From Mesorhizobium sp. (GTDB taxonomy: Bacteria > Pseudomonadota > Alphaproteobacteria > Rhizobiales > Rhizobiaceae): a stretch of 64,000 nt of DNA. A model generated the notes under the pieces. It was not told where the DNA came from. It saw nothing but the letters and a program-made list of their open reading frames with translations, and did no database searches. The stretch lies in assembly GCF_035944705.1 (NCBI RefSeq), contig NZ_DASZAX010000011.1. One strand, 5' to 3'. The translations under genes and the position numbers were made by a program. This document shows positions 17,950-28,573 of this stretch, in pieces; the stretch's first letter is position 1; each line of letters starts with the position of its first letter.

Positions 17950-19731
17950 ATGAGCAACGGACAGAGCGAGCGGCGCGAGATGACAGGCGCCGAAATGGTT
18001 GTGCAGGCGCTGATCGACAACGGCGTCAAGCATCTCTTCGGCTATCCTGGTGGCGCGGTCCTTCCGATCTATGATGAGTTGTTCCAGCAAGACGCCGTCC
18101 AGCACATTCTGGTCCGTCATGAGCAGGGCGCCGGCCATGCCGCAGAAGGTTATGCCCGTTCCACGGGCAAGGCGGGCGTCATGCTGGTTACTTCCGGTCC
18201 CGGTGCCACCAACGCGGTGACGCCGCTGCAGGACGCGCTGATGGATTCCATCCCGCTGGTGTGCCTGACCGGGCAGGTGCCGACGTCGCTGATCGGCTCC
18301 GATGCTTTCCAGGAGTGCGATACCGTCGGGATCACCCGACCCTGCACCAAGCACAATTGGCTGGTGAAGGACGTCAACGAACTCTCCGCCATCATCCATG
18401 AGGCGTTTCATGTCGCGACCACCGGGCGTCCTGGGCCGGTCGTTGTCGACATTCCGAAGGATGTGCAGTTCGCTCGCGGGATTTACACGCCGCCGCAGAC
18501 AGCGCCGCGCACTTCCTACCAGCCGAAAGTCCAGGGCGATCTCGAGAAGATCAAGGCGGCGGTCGAGATACTTGCCGGTGCCAAGAAGCCGATCATCTAT
18601 TCCGGTGGCGGCGTCGTCAATTCAGGACCCGAAGCAAGCCACCTGCTGCGCGAACTGGTCGATCTGACCGGCTTCCCGATCACCTCGACGCTGATGGGCC
18701 TCGGCGCCTATCCGGCATCCGGCAAGAACTGGCTCGGCATGCTCGGCATGCACGGCACCTATGAAGCCAACATGGCCATGCACGACTGCGACGTCATGCT
18801 GTGCGTGGGGGCGCGCTTCGACGACCGCATCACTGGCCGCCTCAATGCATTTTCACCCAATTCCAAGAAGATCCACATCGATATCGACCCGTCTTCGATC
18901 AACAAGAACGTCCACGCCGATATCGGCATTCTGGGTGACGTCGGCCGGGTTCTGGAAGATCTCGTGCGGTTGTGGCGTGCCACCGCCAAGGCCGACAAGA
19001 AGGCGCTTTATCCCTGGTGGGAGCAGATCGCACGCTGGCGTGCCCGTGACTCGCTTGCCTACAAGCCGAGCAAGGATGTCATCATGCCGCAATATGCGAT
19101 TGAGCGGCTCTACGAACTGACCAAGGACCGCGACACCTACATCACCACCGAGGTCGGCCAGCATCAGATGTGGGCCGCACAGCACTTCCATTTCGACAAG
19201 CCGAACCACTGGATGACCTCGGGTGGGCTCGGCACGATGGGCTACGGCCTGCCGGCAGCACTGGGCGTGCAGATCGCGCATCCCGATGCGCTGGTCATCG
19301 ATATCGCAGGCGACGCCTCGGTGCAGATGACGATCCAGGAGATGAGTGCTGCGGTGCAGTACGAGGCACCGATCAAGATCTTCATCCTCAACAACCAGTA
19401 CATGGGCATGGTGCGCCAGTGGCAGCAGTTGCTGCATGGAAACCGGTTGTCGCATTCCTACACGGAGGCCATGCCGGACTTCGTCAAGCTGGCAGAAGCC
19501 TATGGCGGTCACGGCATCCGCTGTGAAAAGCCGGACGAGCTGGACGACGCGATCAAGGAAATGATCTCGGTCAAGAAGCCCGTGCTGTTCGATTGCCGCG
19601 TTGCCAATCTCGCCAACTGCTTCCCGATGATCCCATCGGGCAAGGCGCACAACGAGATGCTGCTTCCGGACGAGGCCACGGACGAAGCGGTCGCCAACGC
19701 CATCGACGCCAAGGGCAGGGAACTGGTGTGA
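17950..19731 (+). CDS. ilvI: Acetolactate synthase (acetohydroxy-acid synthase) large subunit
   Basis: ThDP-enzyme signatures throughout (MTGAEMVVQALIDNGVKHLFGYPGGA..., GGLGTMGYGLPAALG..., GDASVQMTIQEM). Start at ATG 17950. Confidence 0.95.
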   Translation: MSNGQSERREMTGAEMVVQALIDNGVKHLFGYPGGAVLPIYDELFQQDAVQHILVRHEQGAGHAAEGYARSTGKAGVMLVTSGPGATNAVTPLQDALMDSIPLVCLTGQVPTSLIGSDAFQECDTVGITRPCTKHNWLVKDVNELSAIIHEAFHVATTGRPGPVVVDIPKDVQFARGIYTPPQTAPRTSYQPKVQGDLEKIKAAVEILAGAKKPIIYSGGGVVNSGPEASHLLRELVDLTGFPITSTLMGLGAYPASGKNWLGMLGMHGTYEANMAMHDCDVMLCVGARFDDRITGRLNAFSPNSKKIHIDIDPSSINKNVHADIGILGDVGRVLEDLVRLWRATAKADKKALYPWWEQIARWRARDSLAYKPSKDVIMPQYAIERLYELTKDRDTYITTEVGQHQMWAAQHFHFDKPNHWMTSGGLGTMGYGLPAALGVQIAHPDALVIDIAGDASVQMTIQEMSAAVQYEAPIKIFILNNQYMGMVRQWQQLLHGNRLSHSYTEAMPDFVKLAEAYGGHGIRCEKPDELDDAIKEMISVKKPVLFDCRVANLANCFPMIPSGKAHNEMLLPDEATDEAVANAIDAKGRELV

Positions 19732-19804
19732 TGGACGGCGTGACTCTGTCACGCGTCGCATAATCAACGAGTTAGCGTAAATACCTTAGATCGAGATTCA
19801 TCTT

Positions 19805-20380
19805 ATGAACGCACAGCACCTTCAACCCACCGGCTCCGCCTATTTTATCGCCAAGGAGACGGAAAAACCGGAAAACCACACTTTGTCGGTGCTGGTCGAC
19901 AACGAACCGGGCGTGCTCGCCAGGGTCATCGGCCTGTTTTCCGGCCGTGGCTACAACATCGAAAGCCTGACCGTCTCGGAGACCGAGCACGAGAAGCATC
20001 TGTCGCGCATCACGATCGTGACGCGCGGCACGCCACATGTGCTGGAGCAGATCAAGCATCAGCTCGAGCGTATCGTGCCCGTGCACCGCGTGGTCGACCT
20101 CACGGTGCGCTCGGGCGAACTCGGGCAGGAACGGCCACTGGAGCGGGAACTCGCCCTGGTCAAGGTGGCGGGAACCGGCGACAGCCGTGTCGAGGCACTG
20201 AGACTGGCGGATGCCTTCCGCGCCAGCGTGATCGATGCCAACACCGAGCATTTCATCTTCGAAATCACCGGCAAGGGTTCGAAGATCGACCAGTTCATCG
20301 CCATCATGCGCCCGCTCGGCCTTGTCGAGATCTGCCGCACCGGCGTGGCGGCGATGAACCGCGGGCCGCAGGGGATGTGA
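19805..20380 (+). CDS. ilvH: Acetolactate synthase small (regulatory) subunit
   Basis: ACT-domain N-terminus HTLSVLVDNEPGVLARVIGLFSGRGYNIESLTV. Lies immediately downstream of ilvI. Confidence 0.95.
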   Translation: MNAQHLQPTGSAYFIAKETEKPENHTLSVLVDNEPGVLARVIGLFSGRGYNIESLTVSETEHEKHLSRITIVTRGTPHVLEQIKHQLERIVPVHRVVDLTVRSGELGQERPLERELALVKVAGTGDSRVEALRLADAFRASVIDANTEHFIFEITGKGSKIDQFIAIMRPLGLVEICRTGVAAMNRGPQGM

Positions 20381-20434
20381 CGCGAAGCCGCCCCGGCGGC
20401 ATTGTCACCGAGACAACAATTTCCGTGACTCGAA

Positions 20435-20471
20435 CCAGCAGACAGGTCAACTAGCCTGACCTGTTTGCTGG
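20435..20471 (+). terminator. 15-bp hairpin after ilvH
   Basis: CCAGCAGACAGGTCA-actagcc-TGACCTGTTTGCTGG (one G.U pair). No T tract, so its function as a terminator is uncertain. Confidence 0.35.
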
Positions 20472-20492
20472 CTCCATATTCGAACCATTGCA

Positions 20493-21089
20493 ATGTCCTT
20501 CGACGCCTTTATCGCCCTTGTCGTCTACGCCTTCGTGACTTCGGTTACGCCTGGGCCGAACAACTTCATGCTTCTGGCCTCCGGCGTGAATTTCGGCTTT
20601 GCACGCAGCATTCCGCACATGGTCGGCATCAGTGTCGGTTTCTTCATATTGGCGCTGGCCGTCGGCCTTGGGCTGGGCGGAGCGCTGACTGCATTTCCTG
20701 CTCTGCACACGGGGCTTAAGATCGCTGGCGGTGCGTATCTGCTTTATCTCGCCTGGAAGATAGCGATGTCCCGCTCGATGGGCAGCGGTGGCGAGCAGAA
20801 GGCGCGTCCGATGACACTGCTTGAAGCTGCCGCTTTTCAATGGGTCAATCCCAAGGCCTGGGTGATGGCGGTGACTGCCATGGCAGTTTACACCAACCCT
20901 GATCGACCATTCCTTTCCGTGGCTGTGATTGCCATGACCTTCGCCATCGTGAACCTGCCTACCATCTCGGGCTGGGCCGGCTTCGGCGTGGCATTGCGTG
21001 GCTTCCTGTCGGATCCCGTCAAGCTGAAATGGTTCAACATCGTCATGGGTTTGGCGCTTGCGGCAACGCTCTGGCCGATGCTCCGCTGA
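20493..21089 (+). CDS. LysE/RhtB-family amino-acid exporter
   Basis: 198 aa, six hydrophobic segments. N-terminal ...SVTPGPNNFMLLASGVNFGF... is a LysE signature. Confidence 0.85.
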   Translation: MSFDAFIALVVYAFVTSVTPGPNNFMLLASGVNFGFARSIPHMVGISVGFFILALAVGLGLGGALTAFPALHTGLKIAGGAYLLYLAWKIAMSRSMGSGGEQKARPMTLLEAAAFQWVNPKAWVMAVTAMAVYTNPDRPFLSVAVIAMTFAIVNLPTISGWAGFGVALRGFLSDPVKLKWFNIVMGLALAATLWPMLR

Positions 21090-21262
21090 GGCACCGATCA
21101 CGCCGCCGTGAATTTGTGCAGCGCATTAAATCTTTGTAATGAAGGCGTTTTGACCATTTTCAGTCGCGAAGTTGCGCTATCTTAATCTGGGATTCATCGC
21201 GCACGACCTCATACGATGAGGTGAATACGGATGCGCTGTGACCGGCAGGCAAGGGCCTGACT

Positions 21263-22570
21263 TTGGATCGAGAGGGCGCATTGACGGTTCGCAACAAAGC
21301 ACTCGTCGGGATTATCGGAGGCGTTCTGGTTGTCGCTGCCGGAGCCTATCTGTGGCCTGCCCAAGCCTCGAAAGTCTGGCAGATGCTGCCGTTCGGGGAA
21401 AAGGAGATCGCGGCGCAGGCCGCGACCGGCAACAATAGCGGAGGTGGTCGTGGGCAAGGTGCCGGCCGCAATGCCGTCACCGTGGCAACCGCGACGGCGA
21501 AGGTCACCAATTTTCCGATCCAGCGCTACGCCATCGGCTTCCTCGCATCACCGGCAGTCGCCAACATCAATGCACGCGTCGCCAGCCAGGTCATGACCAT
21601 TGCTGTCGAGGACGGACAGATGGTCAAGCAAGGCGACCTTCTCATTACGCTCGATGATCGCGCGCTGAAGGCGCAATTGGAGAAGGACAAGGCGACGCTG
21701 GCCAAGGATCAGGCCCTGGCGGCGAGCGCCGATGCCGATCTGGACCGTGCCAAGAGCCTGCTCGCCAGGCAGACTGGCACGCAGCAGGCCTATGACCAGG
21801 CTTTGGCTGCGCAGAAGGCAGCGCAGGCCACGGTGGCTGCCGATCAGGCGGCGATAGATGCCGACCAGGTTCAACTTGGCTTCACCACCATCACTGCGCC
21901 GATTTCTGGTCGGCTAGGCGCCGTGAGCGTCAGTGTTGGCGATCTCGTCACGGCCGGCGGAAGCACCGGCACCGGAGCGACGCCGCTGGTGACGATCACC
22001 GAAATGGACCCGTTACGCGTCGCCTTCAATCTCCCGGAGGCCGACCTTTCCCTGCTGCAGCAGGCTGTAGCCAAGCCCGGTTCGGTTTCGGTGACGCTGC
22101 ACAAGGATGGTGTTCCCGCGCCGATAGGCTCCGGTACGGTTGATTTCGTGAACTCCACGGTCGACACAGCTTCGGGTACCATTACAGCGCGGGCGACCGT
22201 GCCCAACGCCGAACTCAAGCTCTGGCCGGGCCAGTATGTGAACGTGACGGTCAACGCCGGGATCATGCCGCAAGTCGTCACAGTGCCGACGCAAGCTGTG
22301 CAACCCAGCCAGCAAGGTTCATTTGTCTATGTCGTCAAGGCCGACAACACGGTCGAAGCGCGGCCGGTCAAGGTGGCGATCAGCCACGAAAATGAAAGCG
22401 CTATCGCCAGTGGCTTGCAGGATGGCGACAAGGTGGTGGTGGATGGCCAGCTGAGCCTGAAACCAGGTACTGCCGTGCGCGAAGCGGAAAGCGCCGGGAA
22501 GAATGGGACAGGCGGAAGCACATCTCCCAAGGCCGCCGTCAAGGCAAACGGAAACGAAACGGCGGGCTGA
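21263..22570 (+). CDS. RND efflux periplasmic adaptor (membrane-fusion protein)
   Basis: Lipoyl/hairpin/beta-barrel pattern (GDLLITLDDRALKAQLEKDKATLAKDQA...ITAPISGRLG...). The exact start is uncertain (TTG 21263). Confidence 0.85.
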   Translation: MDREGALTVRNKALVGIIGGVLVVAAGAYLWPAQASKVWQMLPFGEKEIAAQAATGNNSGGGRGQGAGRNAVTVATATAKVTNFPIQRYAIGFLASPAVANINARVASQVMTIAVEDGQMVKQGDLLITLDDRALKAQLEKDKATLAKDQALAASADADLDRAKSLLARQTGTQQAYDQALAAQKAAQATVAADQAAIDADQVQLGFTTITAPISGRLGAVSVSVGDLVTAGGSTGTGATPLVTITEMDPLRVAFNLPEADLSLLQQAVAKPGSVSVTLHKDGVPAPIGSGTVDFVNSTVDTASGTITARATVPNAELKLWPGQYVNVTVNAGIMPQVVTVPTQAVQPSQQGSFVYVVKADNTVEARPVKVAISHENESAIASGLQDGDKVVVDGQLSLKPGTAVREAESAGKNGTGGSTSPKAAVKANGNETAG

Positions 22571-22576
22571 CCGACC

Positions 22577-25500
22577 ATGATCTCCGAATTCTGCATCCGC
22601 AGGCCCGTCGCGACACTGCTGATGTCGATCGCGCTGATTCTGGGCGGTTTGTTTGCCTATAAATTCCTGCCGGTTGCTGCCCTTCCGAGCGCGGAATTCC
22701 CAACTGTCAATGTTTCGGCATCGCTGCCGGGCGCATCGCCCAACGCGATGATGACATCGGTTGCGGTTCCGCTCATCAAGCAGATCGCCACCATCGCCGG
22801 CGTTGATTCAATCTCGACGACCAATTCGCTGGGCTCGACCTCGATCGCCGTGCAGTTTGCGCTGAACCGCGATATCGACGCCGCGGCTGCCGACGTGCAG
22901 GCGGCAATCGCACGAACGCAGCGGCAATTGCCGCCGGAAATGACGTCGCCGCCAAGCTACAGGAAGGTCAATCCGGCCGATGCGCCGATCCTCCTGATGG
23001 CGCTGACCAGCGATACTGTGCCGCTGACCGATCTCGACGCTATTGCCCAGAACGTGATTTCGCCTTCGCTGTCGACCATCGACGGGGTCGCCCAGGTCAT
23101 GGTCTGGGGCTCGAAGAAATACGCCGTGCGCATCCAGATCGACCCGACGGCGCTGGCCGCACGGGGTATCTCCATCGACCAGTTGCAAGCGGCAGTGCAG
23201 TCAGCCAACAGCAATGCGCCTGTGGGTGTACTGCAGAACAGCCAGCAGCAGCTGACCATCACCACCAACACCCAGCTGCAGGACGCGGCCGCCTTCTCCA
23301 AGATCATCATCGCGACCAAGAACGGCAATCCCGTCCGTCTCGGTGACGTGACGCGGGTCATCGATTCCGTGCAGAGCACGACATCGGCCTCCTGGTTTGA
23401 CAAGACGCGCGGCATCATCCTGGCCGTGCAGCGTCAGCCTGATGCGAACACCGTCGAAGTGGTCGATCGGGTCAAGGCGATGTTGCCGTCCTTCGAAGAC
23501 CAGATGCCGGCGGCTGCGTCGATCCAGCTGATGAACGATCGCTCGACCTCGATCATCGCGGCTGTCGATGACGTGCAGTTCACATTGCTGCTGACCATCG
23601 GGCTGGTCGTGCTGGTGATCTTTGTCTTCCTGCGTCGGGTGACAGCGACGATCATCCCGGCTGTGGCGGTTCCGATCTCGCTGATTGCCACGTTGGGCGT
23701 GATGTTCCTGCTCGGATTTTCCATCGACAACATCTCGCTGATGGGATTGACGCTCGCGGTGGGGCTGGTCGTCGACGACGCCATCGTCATGCTGGAAAAC
23801 ATCTACCGGCACATGGAAGAGGACGGCCTGCCGGCCTTCCAGGCCGCCGTCAAAGGCTCGCGGGAAATCGGCTTCACCATCCTGTCGATGTCGATTTCGC
23901 TGGTGGCGGTGTTCATTCCGGTGCTGCTGATGGGCGGTGTCATCGGCCGCATCTTCAACGAATTCGCGGTCGTGGTGACAGTGGCGATCCTGGCCTCGAT
24001 GTTCGTGTCGCTGACATTGACGCCGATGCTGTCGGCGTACCTCCTGACCCTTCCGAAAGGGCACAAGGCAGGGCAGGGCGCTGAGCACCAGCATGGCTGG
24101 CTGACACGTGCCTATGATCGGGTTTTGACCTGGTGCCTTGCACATCATGTGATCGTCTTCCTGGTCTTTCTCGGTACAGCAACGCTTTCGGTCTGGCTGT
24201 TCACTGTCTCACCCAAGGGCTTCCTGCCGCAGGAGGACATCGGCCAGATTTCCGTTTCGACCCGTGCGCGCCAGGACATCTCGTTCGATGCGATGGTGAA
24301 GCTGCAGGCCCAGGTCGCCGAAGTCTTCGAGAAGTCGCCGTATGTGGCGCATGTCTCGTCGACGGTTGGCGGCGGTTTCGGTTCGGGTGGTCTCAACCAG
24401 GGATCGCTGTTCGTCGAGCTGAAGCCGAAGAGCGAACGCCCCGAGATGACGGACGTGATGGCAAGCCTCAGGCGTCCACTCGCCGACGTAGCCGGCATCA
24501 GCACCTTCATGCAGCCGGTGCAGAACCTGCGGCTGGGATCACGCTCTTCGGCCAGTGCCTATCAGCTGGTCGTCCAGGGTCTGAAGACCGACGAGACCAA
24601 CGATTGGGCGCAGAAACTGACGGAGGCGATGCAGGCTGACCATGCGATGTTCGCCGACGTCAACAACGATCTCCAGAACACCGCTCTGCAGGCTTCGCTG
24701 ATTGTCGACCGCGACAAGGCGGCAACCCTGGGTGTCGACACCAACACGCTGCTCAACAGCCTCTATGGCGGTTTCGGAACCGATCAGGTGACGACCATCT
24801 TCGGTGCAGCCGACAGCTATCAGGTGATCACCGAACTCGACCCGAAGATCGACTGGTCGCCGGAGCGGATGCTGTCGATCCAGTTCCGCACGTCCAGCGG
24901 CACGCTGGTGCCGCTGGGCGCCTTCGCCCGGGTCGACCGCACGGCGGGGCCACTCACCATCAACCAGCTTGGCCAGCTGCCGGCGGTGACGATCTCCTAC
25001 AATCTGCCGCAAGGCGTATCGCTCGGCGATACTGTGACCCGCATCGAGGCGCTCAAGGCCGAGATCGGCGTGCCGAAGACGATTGCCACCTCCTTTTCGG
25101 GTACGGCCAAGACGTTCCAGGATTCGCTCGCCAACCAGGGCCTGCTGATCGCTGGCGCAATCCTGACCATCTACATCGTGCTTGGCATGCTCTATGAGAG
25201 CTTCATCCATCCGTTGACCATCCTGACCAGCCTGCCTTCGGCATTGCTCGGCGCGGTGTTGTCGCTGCGGCTTGCTGGAATGGATGTCTCGGTCATTGCC
25301 GTCATCGGACTTCTGATGCTGATCGGCATCGTCAAGAAGAACGGCATCATGATGATCGACGTGGCATTGGTGTTGCGTCGCGAGGGACGAAGTGCGCGCG
25401 ACGCGATCCACAAGGCCAGCGTCATGCGTTTCCGCCCGATCATGATGACAACACTTGCCGCCATCATGGGCACGTTGCCGATCGCCATCGGTGAGGGTGC

Positions 25501-25732
25501 CAGTGCGGAGCTGCGTCAGCCGCTGGGCGTTGCCGTGGTTGGCGGCCTGATGGTCTCGCAGGTGCTCACCCTGTTCGTCACACCCGTGATTTACCTGTAC
25601 ATGGAGTGGCTGTCGCAATGGTTGCTGAGTTTTGTCCGCAAGGGCAGGAAACCGGATCTGCATCTGGTTGAAGGGACTTCGCAACCGTCGCTGTTCGACG
25701 AGAACAAGGACCGCCCGGTCGCCGCCGAATAG
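22577..25732 (+). CDS. RND efflux permease (AcrB/MdtB-C family)
   Basis: 1051 aa. MISEFCIRRPVATLLMS... with a 12-TM RND architecture. Confidence 0.95.
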   Translation: MISEFCIRRPVATLLMSIALILGGLFAYKFLPVAALPSAEFPTVNVSASLPGASPNAMMTSVAVPLIKQIATIAGVDSISTTNSLGSTSIAVQFALNRDIDAAAADVQAAIARTQRQLPPEMTSPPSYRKVNPADAPILLMALTSDTVPLTDLDAIAQNVISPSLSTIDGVAQVMVWGSKKYAVRIQIDPTALAARGISIDQLQAAVQSANSNAPVGVLQNSQQQLTITTNTQLQDAAAFSKIIIATKNGNPVRLGDVTRVIDSVQSTTSASWFDKTRGIILAVQRQPDANTVEVVDRVKAMLPSFEDQMPAAASIQLMNDRSTSIIAAVDDVQFTLLLTIGLVVLVIFVFLRRVTATIIPAVAVPISLIATLGVMFLLGFSIDNISLMGLTLAVGLVVDDAIVMLENIYRHMEEDGLPAFQAAVKGSREIGFTILSMSISLVAVFIPVLLMGGVIGRIFNEFAVVVTVAILASMFVSLTLTPMLSAYLLTLPKGHKAGQGAEHQHGWLTRAYDRVLTWCLAHHVIVFLVFLGTATLSVWLFTVSPKGFLPQEDIGQISVSTRARQDISFDAMVKLQAQVAEVFEKSPYVAHVSSTVGGGFGSGGLNQGSLFVELKPKSERPEMTDVMASLRRPLADVAGISTFMQPVQNLRLGSRSSASAYQLVVQGLKTDETNDWAQKLTEAMQADHAMFADVNNDLQNTALQASLIVDRDKAATLGVDTNTLLNSLYGGFGTDQVTTIFGAADSYQVITELDPKIDWSPERMLSIQFRTSSGTLVPLGAFARVDRTAGPLTINQLGQLPAVTISYNLPQGVSLGDTVTRIEALKAEIGVPKTIATSFSGTAKTFQDSLANQGLLIAGAILTIYIVLGMLYESFIHPLTILTSLPSALLGAVLSLRLAGMDVSVIAVIGLLMLIGIVKKNGIMMIDVALVLRREGRSARDAIHKASVMRFRPIMMTTLAAIMGTLPIAIGEGASAELRQPLGVAVVGGLMVSQVLTLFVTPVIYLYMEWLSQWLLSFVRKGRKPDLHLVEGTSQPSLFDENKDRPVAAE

Positions 25733-25867
25733 GTGAGGAGAACTGACCGAACCAGGTTGAGGCTACCTCCCGGTCCTGTTGCCAGCAAGTCAGCCGCCAA
25801 GTAGGAAACCTTCGGCTCAGACCGTGAGCGGACGCTGCGCGTGGTCGGCTAGGTTGCTCGCCAGCCG

Positions 25868-26419
25868 TCAGCCTGACTTCTGATCCATCAGCTTCAGCAT
25901 ATCCGTGAACAGGGCGTGCCAATCGGCCTCATTCAGGCTGATCAGGCCGAGCGCCTTGAGCAGGAAGGCGCCTTCGCCTGCCAGGAAGGCAACGGCGACC
26001 TGGCGGTCGGCCGGCCTCGACAGGTCAAGCCTTGCCAGGAAGCCGTTGTACCACTCCCGGCTTTCGGCGACGCGCTCCGGTGCCTCCAGCAGCGCCGTCA
26101 TCATGACGGCGGATCGCGAGTGTTCCTCCTCGTCCTCGTCCCGGGTCACCGAAAGATGTGCCCGGATTACCGACGTGGCTGACGGTTCGGGGCCTGCTTC
26201 GTCCTTGACCTTGGCTTCATAGGCGTCGGCCCAGCGGGCGATCATCGCGCGGATCAGATTGTCCTTGGTGCCGAAGCAATACTGCACGCCGCTCTTGGTG
26301 ATGCCGGCGGCCTTCGCCACCGCGTCGAAGCTAAGCCCCGATGCGCCGAGCTCGGTCACCACTGTCTCGGCGGCATCGAGAACCTTATCGCGGTCGATGC
26401 TGCGTGGTCTTCCTGACAT
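25868..26419 (-). CDS. TetR/AcrR-family transcriptional regulator
   Basis: N-terminal HTH (FDAVAKAAGITKSGVQYCFGTKDNL). Divergent from an MFS gene. Confidence 0.9.
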   Translation of the reverse strand: MSGRPRSIDRDKVLDAAETVVTELGASGLSFDAVAKAAGITKSGVQYCFGTKDNLIRAMIARWADAYEAKVKDEAGPEPSATSVIRAHLSVTRDEDEEEHSRSAVMMTALLEAPERVAESREWYNGFLARLDLSRPADRQVAVAFLAGEGAFLLKALGLISLNEADWHALFTDMLKLMDQKSG

Positions 26420-26436
26420 CTGACCTCTTCCATTTC

Positions 26437-26450
26437 AATACGATCGTATT
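26437..26450. promoter_or_regulatory. 14-bp perfect palindrome, candidate TetR operator
   Basis: AATACGATCGTATT lies in the 83-bp TetR/MFS divergent intergenic region. Confidence 0.5.
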
Positions 26451-26502
26451 TATATGCATGCCCGTGGCCGTTCAAGGCCGCGAGTATACTGAAGGAGCCA
26501 TC

Positions 26503-27972
26503 ATGTCCCCGTCCAACCGCTGGCTGGTTCTGGCCATCGTGTCGAGTGCGCTGTTTTTGATCGTCATCGACATGACGGTGCTCTACACCGCACTTCCCAC
26601 GCTGACGCACGATCTCAGGGCGACGGCGACGGAAAAGCTCTGGATCGTCAATGCCTATCCGCTGGTGGTTGCCGGCCTGCTGCCGGGTGTCGGCACGCTG
26701 GGCGATCGGCTCGGCCACAAGCGTATGTTCCTGGCCGGCCTCGTCGTGTTTGGCCTGGCCTCGCTCGGTGCCGCGTTCTCCCCGACCTCGGCATGGCTGA
26801 TCGCGGCGCGGGCGCTGCTTGCCCTGGGCGCTGCCATGATGATGCCGGCAACATTGTCGCTGATCCGGCTGACCTTCACCGACGAGAAGGAACGCGCCTT
26901 CGCCATCGGCGTCTGGGCGGCGGTCGCCTCGGGTGGCGCCGCCTTCGGTCCGGTCGTCGGCGGCGCGCTGCTGGAACATTTCTGGTGGGGTTCGGTCTTC
27001 CTGATCAATGTGCCAGTGGTGCTGATGGCGCTGCTTGCGGGCGCGACACTGCTGCCCAATCGGCCGGGCAACAGCAGTCATCCCTGGGACCTGGTCGGCT
27101 CGATCCAGATCATGATCGGTCTGATCGGCCTGACCTATGCCATCAAGGAGCTCGCTAAGCGCGATCCGTCGTGGGTCACCGCCGCGCTCGCCTTTGCCGT
27201 CGGCCTTGTCGCCATGATCATTTTCGTGCGCCGCCAGTTTGCCAGCCGCGCACCGCTGATCGACTTCTCGCTCTTCGCCAATCCGCGTTTTTCGGCGGGC
27301 GTGGCGACAGCCATGGTGGCGTCGGCGGCCCTGATCGGCGTGGAGCTGGTGTTCAGCCAGCGCCTGCAGCTTGTGCTGGGTCTCTCGCCGCTGCAGGCCG
27401 GCCTGATCATCCTGCCGATCCCGCTCGCGGCTTTCATCGCCGGGCCATTGACCGGCCTCGCCTTGCCGCGCATCGGTGCCGTGCGTGTGCTGTGGTCCTC
27501 GCTGTTGCTGGCCGGAGCGATGCTTGTCGTCTACCTCCTGGTTTACCAGGGCGCGACCTGGCTGTGGCTGACCGCGCTGTCGCTGATGGGCTTCGGCTTC
27601 GGCGCGGCCATGACGGCGGCATCCAGTGTCATCATGCTGTCGGCTCCGGAGGAAAGGGCTGGCATGGCAGCCTCCATCGAGGAGGTCTCCTTCGAGCTTG
27701 GCGGTGCGCTCGGAATCGCCTTTCTCGGCTCGCTGATGTCGGGGCTCTACACCTACGCCCTGGTGCTGCCGCAAGGCGTTGCCGCGCAGGCGGCCGACAG
27801 CCTCGACGAGGCGCTGATTGTCGCCGAGCAGCTGGCGCCTGTGGAAGCGCAGACGCTGACCGTATTGGCGGGCACCGCGTTCGAACACGCCTTTTTCGGC
27901 GTGATCGCTGCCGCGGCGGCGCTGCTCATCCTTGTCAGCCTGTTCATCTGGCGTCGGACCGCCAAGGTGTGA
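26503..27972 (+). CDS. MFS drug:H+ antiporter (DHA2/EmrB-QacA, 14-TM type)
   Basis: ATG 26503 behind GAAGGAG. MSPSNRWLVLAIVSSALFLIVIDMTVLYTALPTL... Motif A-like GTLGDRLGHKRMF. Confidence 0.9.
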   Translation: MSPSNRWLVLAIVSSALFLIVIDMTVLYTALPTLTHDLRATATEKLWIVNAYPLVVAGLLPGVGTLGDRLGHKRMFLAGLVVFGLASLGAAFSPTSAWLIAARALLALGAAMMMPATLSLIRLTFTDEKERAFAIGVWAAVASGGAAFGPVVGGALLEHFWWGSVFLINVPVVLMALLAGATLLPNRPGNSSHPWDLVGSIQIMIGLIGLTYAIKELAKRDPSWVTAALAFAVGLVAMIIFVRRQFASRAPLIDFSLFANPRFSAGVATAMVASAALIGVELVFSQRLQLVLGLSPLQAGLIILPIPLAAFIAGPLTGLALPRIGAVRVLWSSLLLAGAMLVVYLLVYQGATWLWLTALSLMGFGFGAAMTAASSVIMLSAPEERAGMAASIEEVSFELGGALGIAFLGSLMSGLYTYALVLPQGVAAQAADSLDEALIVAEQLAPVEAQTLTVLAGTAFEHAFFGVIAAAAALLILVSLFIWRRTAKV

Positions 27973-28045
27973 GCGCGACCTGTCCTTTTCTTCGTGCGGA
28001 AAAGGACAGGTCCGCTGCACGGCGGCATAGTGGAAAGGCGGTTCA

Positions 28046-28537
28046 ATGTTGCAAATTCGGCCGGCAAAAACGGTAGACCATGCGGCTGTCGTGCAGTTGT
28101 GGCACCGGGGCTGGCATGACGCCCATGCCGCTCTTGTCCCCGAAGGGGTTCTGACCTTCAGGACACCAGACCACTTCACCATCTGGCTGCATGAGGCGTG
28201 CGATACGTTTTACGTTGCGGTCGACCCAGGATTGCTGGGCTTCGTGTCGATAAAAGGCACGGAGGTAGTCAAGCTTTATGTCGACAGGGACGTTCGCGGG
28301 CAGGGCGTGGCACACCGCCTGCTCTCGTTAGCAGAGGCCAGGCTGGCTGAAAACGGAGTAGAAGAGGCCGAGCTGTTTTGCACGGCAGGCAACGTCCGCG
28401 CTGAAAAATTCTACCAGCGCGAAGGATGGACCCTATCCCGGTCGTTCGACGATGGTCTCTGGATGCCGAAAAGCTCCACCGACCGGTTTTTCGTGCGGAC
28501 GCACCAGTTTCAAAAGAGGCTTAAGCCGACACCATGA
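28046..28537 (+). CDS. GNAT-family N-acetyltransferase
   Basis: ...LYVDRDVRGQGVAHRLLSLAEARL... acetyl-CoA motif. Confidence 0.8.
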   Translation: MLQIRPAKTVDHAAVVQLWHRGWHDAHAALVPEGVLTFRTPDHFTIWLHEACDTFYVAVDPGLLGFVSIKGTEVVKLYVDRDVRGQGVAHRLLSLAEARLAENGVEEAELFCTAGNVRAEKFYQREGWTLSRSFDDGLWMPKSSTDRFFVRTHQFQKRLKPTP

Positions 28538-28573
28538 ACCCGCCGCGCCGGAAAGCATCGAACATTCTGCCCT

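Noticed and set aside
20470-20492. tRNA-like TTCGAACC string near the LysE start
   Set aside because: No acceptor stem, anticodon arm or D-arm can be drawn around it. It is an isolated match to a T-loop-like hexamer only.
26356-28182. 608-aa minus-strand ORF
   Set aside because: Antisense to the MFS transporter. Extreme Arg/Gly/Gln/His bias and no domain signatures.
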